64,000 nucleotides of DNA, from assembly GCA_902791475.1 (NCBI GenBank), contig CADAWC010000030.1, positions 205 to 64,204 of the forward strand. The letters run 5' to 3'. The position numbers and the translations under genes were made by a program. This document shows, piece after piece, positions 28,901 through 36,128 of this stretch. This DNA is from Fibrobacter succinogenes (GTDB taxonomy: Bacteria; Fibrobacterota; Fibrobacteria; Fibrobacterales; Fibrobacteraceae). Position 1 is the first letter of the stretch. Each line of letters starts with the position of its first letter. The notes beneath the pieces are model-generated. The model worked only from the letters and a program-made list of their open reading frames with translations. It had not been told where the DNA came from and did no database searches.

Positions 28901-29765
28901 CGATACCGGTTTTCACGGTAAAGTTACAGCGTTCGGCAATTTTCACCGTATTTTCGATGGCGCCCGGAATATGCCCGAACAGCTCCACCATTTCCTTTTC
29001 GGTACGGAAATAGAACTTTTCCGTCGGGAAGCGCTTGTCTTCAAAACCGTTCAGCGTGACCTTAAGCGAGATGCAGCGCAGAATCTTGTGCGATGTGGCG
29101 TCTTCGGGCTTAATGTAATGGACATCGCCCACGGCAACGACTTCACGACCGTACTTTTTCGCCAGTTCCACGTTGAATTCGTTCACGTGCTTTTGCTGCG
29201 GAATCCCGTTATCGCAAACAGAGATATACAGGTGGTCGTGGTCAAAAATCTCGTTCAGGCGGTCCATGTACTCGAGCGCAAGGGAATCCCTGCCCGAAGC
29301 CACATTCTGGCCGTAACGGCTAAAATAATCGCCCGCAATGGCGATAATACCTTCCTTAAATTCGTTAATCGTCTCGAGCGGCACGGACGGGATTTCTGCC
29401 CAGCGCTCCCCGTCTTCGTAGCGGTAACTCACAATGCGGAGCAGATTGTAATAGCCCTTTTCGTTCTCGACGAGGAGCGTCAATCGTTCAAATGTTGTCG
29501 GATCTTTCTGGCTTGCACTCGGCGTATCCACGTAAATGTGGCAGCCATAAACAGTCTTGACCGGCGGGAGGCCCTGTTCCTTACGCTTTTTGTTCAGTTC
29601 CTTGCCACGCGTCTGGATTTCAAGAATACCAAACATGGCACCATGGTCCGTCAAAGCAACAGCAGGTGCGTTTTCTGCCGCAGCAGCCGCCAAAATATCA
29701 TCAAGTCGGGCCGAAGCCTGCAAAATCGAAAATTCAGAATGAGTCTGTAAATGAACGAACGCCAT
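25908..29765 (-). CDS. dnaE: DNA polymerase III alpha subunit
   Basis: PHP domain, GPGRGSAAGS, ERFLNPERVSMPDIDTDF, LLKMDFLGL, FQFES, AFNKSHAAAY, OB fold. Confidence 0.98.
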   Translation of the reverse strand: MAFVHLQTHSEFSILQASARLDDILAAAAAENAPAVALTDHGAMFGILEIQTRGKELNKKRKEQGLPPVKTVYGCHIYVDTPSASQKDPTTFERLTLLVENEKGYYNLLRIVSYRYEDGERWAEIPSVPLETINEFKEGIIAIAGDYFSRYGQNVASGRDSLALEYMDRLNEIFDHDHLYISVCDNGIPQQKHVNEFNVELAKKYGREVVAVGDVHYIKPEDATSHKILRCISLKVTLNGFEDKRFPTEKFYFRTEKEMVELFGHIPGAIENTVKIAERCNFTVKTGIGDEFWPRFKIPDEFLASEEYQNIKAIMKAEYDAEYPVVRERELKGVIKDRKKKVKANYCAEKGIAEDALTDADNAEIDRLSQPEFFDADDQKAWDKNVHRWCKPGSDSDIYIIHLCNERLKWRFPDEDFKFPAHETNVGKRMYKELNCIRNMNVAGYLLIVWDFINWSREHGIPVGPGRGSAAGSLVTYIIGITDIDPLTFDLLFERFLNPERVSMPDIDTDFADRDRGRVIQYVTDKYGKECVGQIITYGMLKSKAVITDVARVLGIPPAEAKGITKLFPQRTLNFSLKQAWTGKDKKGNNLEDGYSPEPLQAMINSRASYQNLWEVAKKLEDLPRQTGVHACGVVITPTPIYNLAPLYRAAPEDTPVVMYDKHYAEDIGLLKMDFLGLINLSIIQDTVKMVEQNRNIKLVMNKIPIDDKATFDLLGKGLTTTVFQFESPGMQKYLRELKPTRIFDLIAMNALYRPGPIDQIPHFIARKNGKEEIDCYHPDLEQVLGETYGVIVYQEQVMKLAQILGGYSLGGADNIRRIMAKKMPEKMAKLEPEFFQKCLDKGYDKAMIQKVWDAVLPFCGYAFNKSHAAAYAYVAYQTAYLKTHYGPEYMAASMTSKMGKTEDTVTIILECKRLGIEVLSPNINTSLGVFSANTKGQILYGLAGIRNVGIAVVEDVVAERERRGIYKDIFDFCKRVTEYQAAQPEKRPPLNKKVLECLIMAGALDDLPGSRAVQVATVDRALEVAMRSQEDKAKGQVSLFDLGGPAAMPNTAEVLEEAEEWTAMEMLNKERSVLGLFLSGHPLDEFRPELQGFTSCSLSEDEITRYVGDTVVVGGVVIRMRSIETKRGDTIGSGAIQDFQGEIEMFFKKDVWERLRDTVSVDDRVLVKGVLEQQRDRDGYQIIVEEVIQLDRVRCDMVDYIHANFTVGMLTDEFLDKLDVEMKANLADEYCHGCQMVFHLEADSGFEHVVVLKKYKVVYTQELLQWLKTDLGALKVWVSNRAKR

Positions 29766-29790
29766 GCTTGCAATTTAGCATTTTGAAATC

Positions 29791-29814
29791 AAAAAATCCC
29801 GGACGAGTCCGGGA
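29791..29814 (-). terminator. Terminator of the LamG lipoprotein gene
   Basis: TCCCGGAC/GTCCGGGA stem with a U tract on the minus strand. Confidence 0.7.
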
Positions 29815-29837
29815 CCTTTACAAGATTTATTTAAAGA

Positions 29838-31556
29838 CTACTTAGATTCTGTCGTATCAGCCACAGGAGTTTCAACCTTCACAGCAGCCGTATCCTTATC
29901 TTCCTTGATTGGGATAATAATAACCACCGAATCCTTTACATCTTCCTTGGGCTGAGCCTTTTGTTCATCCTCTTCTACGTTCTTCACTTCCACTTTCACT
30001 TCGTAACGCGGAACGGTAGAGATTCTGAGCTGGTCGAAATCACCAGAAGTCGTCAAAGGATCACTCTGAGCAAGACGTTCCATGCAGCAACCGGACTTAC
30101 GGCCAATCACAATGAGGTTTTCGCTTTCACGACCACGTGCAGCAGGTTCATAACCTTTCTCATGAGCCTCGCTTGCAATCATTTCGCCATTGACCCAAAG
30201 GCTCATGAAGCCATCGCCCCACTGACCGGCAATCAGGTTCCAATCCTTCTTGAGAGTCATCTTGCCATAAGTAAAGTAATGCGTATCGGAATGATTTTTC
30301 TGGAAGAAAAGGGTATCAAATCTTACGAAGAAATGAATTCTGGCACCGTCATTACCTAGAAGAGTGTGTGAAAACTTTTCATCGAAATCTTCACCCGGAC
30401 GGAACCAAAATTCCACTGTGCCGGCAGGCATTTCGTCAATCAGGTTAATCCCAGTCTGGATGCTTTCGCCATCCTTGAGGGAAATAGCCTTACCGCAGAC
30501 GCCTTCCACCAGCGTACCTTCTTCGTATTCCGCATCCAGTTCGTCGAAATAAAGAGTCTTGTCATCCATAGCCAAAGCAGGAGCCTTGCAAACGATATCG
30601 TCCTTCTTTACGGTATCCGTTGCAACGGTATCTTCCTTGACTACATCCTCCTTGACAACAGTGTCCTTTTCGTCAACCGGATTTACCTTAGCAGTCACAG
30701 AATCCGGCAAGGCGTAACGATTGATGTTCGAGATACGGAACTGGTCGAAAGAACCCGACGTGGTCATAGCCTCGTACTGCCCTGGCCCCTCCATGCAGCA
30801 ACTAGACTTATAACCAATCACGACGAGATTTTCGAACGGAATATCGCGCTGTGCAGGCACATAACCCTTGTCATGCTCCCAATAACCGACAAGTTCGCCA
30901 TTGAGCCACAAGCTCATGTAGCCATTTCCCCATTGGCCAGCGATCAAGTTCCAGTCATTTTCCTTAAGCTCAGCCTTACCCTGCACATAGTAATGCTGGT
31001 TGTGATGATTCTTCTGGAAGAAGAGTTCACCTTTCTTGTAGAAGAAATGAATTCGAGCACCATCGTTGCCAAGAAGCGTTCTTGCATCCTTGTCAAAGAA
31101 GTCTGCATTCGGGCGGAACCAGAATTCGACTGTTCCAACACTCATAGAATCAATCAAATTCACGCCAAGCGGAGCCACCTGACCGTCGCTCAACTTGAGA
31201 GCCTTTCCGCAAACACCTTCGACCTGTTCACCTTCGTCAAAGAGGGATTCCAGTTCATCAAGAAAACGGGTGTTCTCGTCCATTTTAAGAGCCGGAGCTG
31301 CGCAACGGATATTGGAACGAGTCGAAGTTCCAATAACAGGAGCACCTTCCTCCTTTGAAAGGGAATCGAAGTAGCTCGCAATACTGCCACTTTCATCGAT
31401 TCGAGCCCACATGCCCTTGGCGTCATTCTTCAAATAGACACCTTCATTTTCGGTAGAGGCGATTGGATCTGTATAGTTGGTATCAGAGCATCCCGCAACG
31501 AATGCTCCCATTGCCACCAGGGATCCAGCCAGCCATTTTGTCATCTTACCACTCAT
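29838..31556 (-). CDS. Lipoprotein with two tandem LamG/concanavalin-A-like domains
   Basis: Lipobox FVAGC; twice-repeated unit C(A/K)APAL.MD...GVCGKA..L.DG...GTVEFWFRP...WNLIAGQWG.G.MSLW.NGE...FDQ.RIS. Confidence 0.8.
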   Translation of the reverse strand: MSGKMTKWLAGSLVAMGAFVAGCSDTNYTDPIASTENEGVYLKNDAKGMWARIDESGSIASYFDSLSKEEGAPVIGTSTRSNIRCAAPALKMDENTRFLDELESLFDEGEQVEGVCGKALKLSDGQVAPLGVNLIDSMSVGTVEFWFRPNADFFDKDARTLLGNDGARIHFFYKKGELFFQKNHHNQHYYVQGKAELKENDWNLIAGQWGNGYMSLWLNGELVGYWEHDKGYVPAQRDIPFENLVVIGYKSSCCMEGPGQYEAMTTSGSFDQFRISNINRYALPDSVTAKVNPVDEKDTVVKEDVVKEDTVATDTVKKDDIVCKAPALAMDDKTLYFDELDAEYEEGTLVEGVCGKAISLKDGESIQTGINLIDEMPAGTVEFWFRPGEDFDEKFSHTLLGNDGARIHFFVRFDTLFFQKNHSDTHYFTYGKMTLKKDWNLIAGQWGDGFMSLWVNGEMIASEAHEKGYEPAARGRESENLIVIGRKSGCCMERLAQSDPLTTSGDFDQLRISTVPRYEVKVEVKNVEEDEQKAQPKEDVKDSVVIIIPIKEDKDTAAVKVETPVADTTESK

Positions 31557-31771
31557 TATTTTCTCCTACAAGGCGGTTTAACGATTTGACTATTTGTAAA
31601 TTATCTATTAAATCCTTTCTTGGCAATTTCTCATCCAACCTATTTTTGTATATTTCAGTTTACAAAGGCTTTTTTTTATCATCATGATACACTTTCCTAT
31701 AAAAACGTGCTAAAAATAATGTATTTTGACATCGTACAAATTATTTGTATCATGAAAAGGGCCCCAAAAAG

Positions 31772-32881
31772 ATGAGCAATACCGACCAAAAAGACCTTGA
31801 AAAAGCACCAAAAATTGCAATTGATGCGCGCATGGTAAACAAGTCCGGTATTGGTACCTGTATCCAGCACTGGCTCAAGGATGTCGGCTATTCCATCGCC
31901 CTCGGCGACCCCAAGAAACTGGAACCTTACGATAACATTCCCAAACACATCCGCTTTATCAGTAGCATATATGGTTACAAGGAACAGCTCAAATTTCCGT
32001 ACCGAGCACTTTATCGTGAAAAGCCCGATATTTTGCATGTACCGCACTGCAATGTACCGCTATTCTATCGTGGCAAGATGCTCGTGACCATTCACGACCT
32101 CACCCACCTCGTCTACCCCGAATTTTTGCCGTTCAAGCTCGTCCACTATTATTTCAAGTTCATTTTCTGGTTTATCAGCAAGCGCGCCGACAAGATTATT
32201 ACCGTTTCCGAAAGCACCAAGCGCGACCTTTTGCGATTCTACAAGATGGACGAATCCAAAATTACAGTCATCCCGCTCGGCGTTGGCAAGGAATTTGTCA
32301 AGAAATCACATGCCGAAATTGATTATCTATACGACAAATTCAACATTCCGCGCGACAAGAAGATTTTGCTCTACGTCGGGAACCTGCTCCCACACAAGAA
32401 CTTGAACAAGCTTTTAGAGGGATTTGCCCAAATGCAGGGGCGTGAAAATTGCCGCCTCGTTCTTGTCGGGAAAGCCTTCGACGGCCGCTCCAAAGCGACT
32501 TGCGAAAAAGAACTCGGCATTGAAGAATTCACAATCCATGCGGGAATGGTTTCACAAGAAGACCTCGTGAATTTTTACAACCTCGCCGATCTCTTTGTAT
32601 TGCCTTCGCTGTACGAGGGATTTGGCCTCCCCGTGCTCGAATCGCTCGCTTGCGGCACGCCCGTGGTTTGTTCCAACACCTCTTCACTCCCAGAAGTGGG
32701 CGGCAAAGTCGCCAAGTATTTCGACCCAGAAGACGCCTCCAGCATCGCCCGCACTCTCGAAAATTCTATTGATGACAAAGGCAAGCACGATGATGAAATT
32801 GCGGAATGGGTCTGCCATTTCACTTGGGAAGCTTGCGCGCAAAAAATAAAGGCGCAACTTTGCGCCTTGTATAAAGAATAA
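31772..32881 (+). CDS. Glycosyltransferase family 4 (group 1)
   Basis: IAIDAR, SGIG, TIHDL, TVSESTK, YVGNLLPHKNL, PSLYEGFGLPVLESLACGTPV. Confidence 0.93.
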   Translation: MSNTDQKDLEKAPKIAIDARMVNKSGIGTCIQHWLKDVGYSIALGDPKKLEPYDNIPKHIRFISSIYGYKEQLKFPYRALYREKPDILHVPHCNVPLFYRGKMLVTIHDLTHLVYPEFLPFKLVHYYFKFIFWFISKRADKIITVSESTKRDLLRFYKMDESKITVIPLGVGKEFVKKSHAEIDYLYDKFNIPRDKKILLYVGNLLPHKNLNKLLEGFAQMQGRENCRLVLVGKAFDGRSKATCEKELGIEEFTIHAGMVSQEDLVNFYNLADLFVLPSLYEGFGLPVLESLACGTPVVCSNTSSLPEVGGKVAKYFDPEDASSIARTLENSIDDKGKHDDEIAEWVCHFTWEACAQKIKAQLCALYKE

Positions 32882-32886
32882 AGATT

Positions 32887-33576
32887 TTACTTTTTGAGTT
32901 TCGTCAGGAATCCGTACTGGAACGGGATAAAGTACGAATGGCTCAACAAGTTCGGCATGAACTTGAGCTGTTTGCGGATGCCCACGATGCGTTCCACTTC
33001 GAGACCGTTTTCCTTCGCAAAGCGCACAAAGCTCTTCTTTGTCCAGAACGTCTTGTGGTTGATATCGAGAACGCCGAGCGCATGTTCGCCTTCGTCCGGC
33101 TTAAAATAGCGGAAATCTCTCGTGATGATAATCTTGAGGAGGTTTTCGATGCAAATAAAGTTCGGCAAAGAAACGAGAATATGGCCATCGGGATTCAAAT
33201 GTTTCTTGCAGAAATTGATTAAATCCACCGGATCGTTCACATGTTCCAAGACATCGCACATGACCACCAAGTCAAACTTGCGGTCCTCGGTATATTCCTC
33301 ATAAAATCCATGATGGTATTCGTTGAAGCCTCCCGGGACCTTGTCAATCGTCTGTGCATCGGTACGCTCTTCGGGTTCGATAGCAACTTTGTAAGAATCC
33401 TTGGGGTAAATAACGTAATTCATTCCGGCGCCCGCCCCAATTTCAAGAACGCTCCTAGCATCCTTCGGGACAAGCGTAGCAACATCATAACGAATCTTAT
33501 TGCGATACATAAAAACCTTTTTTCTTAAATATAAATTTTTCGAAATCAAAAATGCTATTTTTGCAATCAATGGCAA
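32887..33576 (-). CDS. Class I SAM-dependent methyltransferase
   Basis: VLEIGAGAG, FDLVVMCDVLEHVNDP, L.PDGHILVSLPN, H..FWTKKS. Confidence 0.88.
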   Translation of the reverse strand: MPLIAKIAFLISKNLYLRKKVFMYRNKIRYDVATLVPKDARSVLEIGAGAGMNYVIYPKDSYKVAIEPEERTDAQTIDKVPGGFNEYHHGFYEEYTEDRKFDLVVMCDVLEHVNDPVDLINFCKKHLNPDGHILVSLPNFICIENLLKIIITRDFRYFKPDEGEHALGVLDINHKTFWTKKSFVRFAKENGLEVERIVGIRKQLKFMPNLLSHSYFIPFQYGFLTKLKK

Positions 33577-34511
33577 CCGATAAGACAGGCAAAAAGCTCT
33601 TTGTCAAGCGAATAATCCAGCTTCTCGTAAGCATTGGTGGTTTTGCCTACATATTCTACAAAATCCCGCTCAGCGAAGTCATCGACAATTGGAATATCAG
33701 TATGACGCCGTGGATTTTGGCAATGCTTGTCGCGGCAACGCTCGTCATGGCAATCCAGGCGAACCGCTGGAAAGGGCTTTCGGTACAAGGTCCAAAAATT
33801 CCGTTCAAGACATACTACGCCTACACCGCCATGGGATACTTTTTCAACAACCTGCTCCCGACCGGTTTTGGTGGCGACGCCGTGAAGTCCCTAGCATTTG
33901 GAAAGAAATTTAACCAGACCAGTCAATCCGTTTCGGCTGTATTGCTCGCCCGCATCCAGGGACTACTCGCTATGTTCCTCTGTTTTTTCTTAGCACTCCC
34001 CTTTGCACTGAACCAAGCCGAAATTCCCATCGCCTACACCATCACGATGACAGTTGCGTTGCTCGCCTGCATGGTCATTGTCGTGCTCTGCCTGTTTTCG
34101 GACAAAATACCGGTTCCCCATTTTTTAACCGACCGACTCGCCTTTATTCCCAAATTGCAAAACAGCCTCTCTATATATAGGAAGCATAAAAAGCAAATTT
34201 TGCTCTCGTCACTCGATTCGCTGTGGTTACAGTTACTGACGTTGTTTATAGCCTATGCCTATTTCCGGGCGGTCGGAGTCGATATCGACATCAGCATTCT
34301 AGTCGTATTCACTAGCATCACTACCGTTATTTCGATGGTTCCGATTTCACTCAACGGCATCGGTGTCCGCGAAGGGACTCAAGTGGCCCTGTTCACGGGC
34401 ATTCTTGGAATTCCGGCATCGGTCGTGCTGTCCGCCGGGCTGCTAGGCTACATTCCGCTACTGTTCCAGGCCGCCCAAGGTGCGGTCGTGCTCCTCGCTC
34501 GGAAAAAATAA
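33570..34511 (+). CDS. Lysylphosphatidylglycerol-synthase TM / UPF0104 flippase-like membrane protein
   Basis: RW motif, FFNNLLPTGFGGD, PISLNGIGVREG. Confidence 0.85.
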   Translation: MATDKTGKKLFVKRIIQLLVSIGGFAYIFYKIPLSEVIDNWNISMTPWILAMLVAATLVMAIQANRWKGLSVQGPKIPFKTYYAYTAMGYFFNNLLPTGFGGDAVKSLAFGKKFNQTSQSVSAVLLARIQGLLAMFLCFFLALPFALNQAEIPIAYTITMTVALLACMVIVVLCLFSDKIPVPHFLTDRLAFIPKLQNSLSIYRKHKKQILLSSLDSLWLQLLTLFIAYAYFRAVGVDIDISILVVFTSITTVISMVPISLNGIGVREGTQVALFTGILGIPASVVLSAGLLGYIPLLFQAAQGAVVLLARKK

Positions 34512-34529
34512 AGCATCTCCTTTTTATAC

Positions 34530-34557
34530 AAAAAATCCCCGCCAAGGCGGGGACTTT
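34530..34557. terminator. Bidirectional terminator between convergent genes
   Basis: AAAAAA-TCCCCGCC-AA-GGCGGGGA-CTTT. Confidence 0.75.
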
Positions 34558-34577
34558 AGACTTCGCTTTTCGAAGAA

Positions 34578-35216
34578 TTATTCTTCAGCGAGAGCTTCCT
34601 TATATTCATCGACGGTAGCGATATACTCGTCAATCATATCCTGCTTGGAATCCAAGTGAGCGAGAATCTTTTCGAGGTGTTCCTTGGAGAACACGGTCTT
34701 GAGCTGACGGGAAGCATGGCCCTTGTAGCCCCATTCCTTGAGAATTTCGTCGGTCACCACGAAGGAATCGTCGAGGGAGACAAAACGCATCGGACCGTAG
34801 ACAGCCCAGTTGTGTTCCATCTGCATGCATTCCGGTTCTTCCATTTCCGGGTTTGCCATGTAGCGCTGCACGTGACGGGTACGCACATCCTTGATCTTGT
34901 CGATACGCATATAACCCATGATGAGGTACTTGTTGCGCATTTCAGAATCGCTCAAGCCTTCGTAACGGGTACCGAAAAGAATGTAACGGCTCTTGCTCTT
35001 CACGATTGTGTTGATAGCCTTCACATTGTAGCAGCTCATCAGACCATAGGTGCTGGTTTCATAGTTCGGTTCGTAAAGAAAACCCTTTTCATTTTCATTC
35101 AGCTGGTCGCGGACAGGCATTTCGGACTGATGGCTAGTTTCGACATAAAGCAGGCTACCCGCCATGTTGCCACGGTAGTCTTGCCAACCTTCGAGATTGA
35201 TCTGTGTTTTCGGCAT
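34578..35216 (-). CDS. Conserved-looking hypothetical protein
   Basis: 212-aa ORF with strongly biased codon usage; no confident family. Confidence 0.75.
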   Translation of the reverse strand: MPKTQINLEGWQDYRGNMAGSLLYVETSHQSEMPVRDQLNENEKGFLYEPNYETSTYGLMSCYNVKAINTIVKSKSRYILFGTRYEGLSDSEMRNKYLIMGYMRIDKIKDVRTRHVQRYMANPEMEEPECMQMEHNWAVYGPMRFVSLDDSFVVTDEILKEWGYKGHASRQLKTVFSKEHLEKILAHLDSKQDMIDEYIATVDEYKEALAEE

Positions 35217-35318
35217 TTTATAAATCCACTCAAATAGTTTAAAGTTCGAAAATTAAAACGAGTACAAGCGGACCGAGTACGGTTCGTCAGTAACAATTAT
35301 CAAAATACAATTTACTTA

Positions 35319-36128
35319 TTAAAAAGTCAATGACTCCGCCGAAATATTGTCCATTCCAAAGCGAAAAGCGCCTTTTTTGAAGAATTCTGCGGTATCAGTC
35401 GTCAAATAATGCACAGAACCACCCTTCGAAAGTCGTTTTTCCATGTCCACATGTCGCTTGAGGTAGTCCAAAGTCTTGTCGGCGACAATATCGCCCTGGA
35501 CCACCAAGCGGACGTGCGGTGGAAGTGCGGCCCGAATTTCTTCTTCGAGGAGCGGGTAATGCGTGCAGGCAAGTAAAACTGTATCGATTTCAGGGTCAGC
35601 CGCAAGCAGCTGGTCCACGTCCTTTTTCACGAAGAATCGGGCACCCTCGGTCCCGCGTTCGCCATATTCCACCAACGGAACCCACATCGGGCAGGCATGC
35701 TGCGTCACCTTCAAGTTCGGGAAAAAGTGGCTGATTTCAAGAACGTAGCTGTTCGAAGAGACCGTCCCCGCGGTGGCAAAAATGCCGATATGCCCCGTCT
35801 TCGAGAAGTTCCCAATCTCTTCGGCGGTCGGGCGGACAATGCCCAAGACGCGACGGTCCGGGAATTCTACCGGAAGCACCTGCTGCTGGATGCTGCGGAG
35901 CGCTTTTGCCGACGCCGTGTTGCAAGCGAGAATCACCAGCGGGCATCCGCGGTGGAAAAGTTCACGCACGGACTGGAGCGTGTAGCGGTAAATCGTCTCG
36001 AAACTGCGGGAGCCATACGGCGCACGGGCGTTGTCCCCCAAATACAGGTAATCGTACTGCGGGAGCGTGTGGCGAAGCTTCTGCAAAATCGTGAGCCCGC
36101 CAAAACCAGAATCAAAGACGCCGATCAT
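35319..36128 (-). CDS. murI: Glutamate racemase
   Basis: IGVFDSGFGG, GDNARAPYG, ACNTASA, LACTHYP. Confidence 0.96.
   Translation of the reverse strand: MIGVFDSGFGGLTILQKLRHTLPQYDYLYLGDNARAPYGSRSFETIYRYTLQSVRELFHRGCPLVILACNTASAKALRSIQQQVLPVEFPDRRVLGIVRPTAEEIGNFSKTGHIGIFATAGTVSSNSYVLEISHFFPNLKVTQHACPMWVPLVEYGERGTEGARFFVKKDVDQLLAADPEIDTVLLACTHYPLLEEEIRAALPPHVRLVVQGDIVADKTLDYLKRHVDMEKRLSKGGSVHYLTTDTAEFFKKGAFRFGMDNISAESLTF

Noticed and set aside
26520-29750. Long plus-strand ORFs (505 aa and 453 aa) opposite dnaE
   Set aside because: Typical stop-free antisense frames of a strongly codon-biased gene; no recognisable domains
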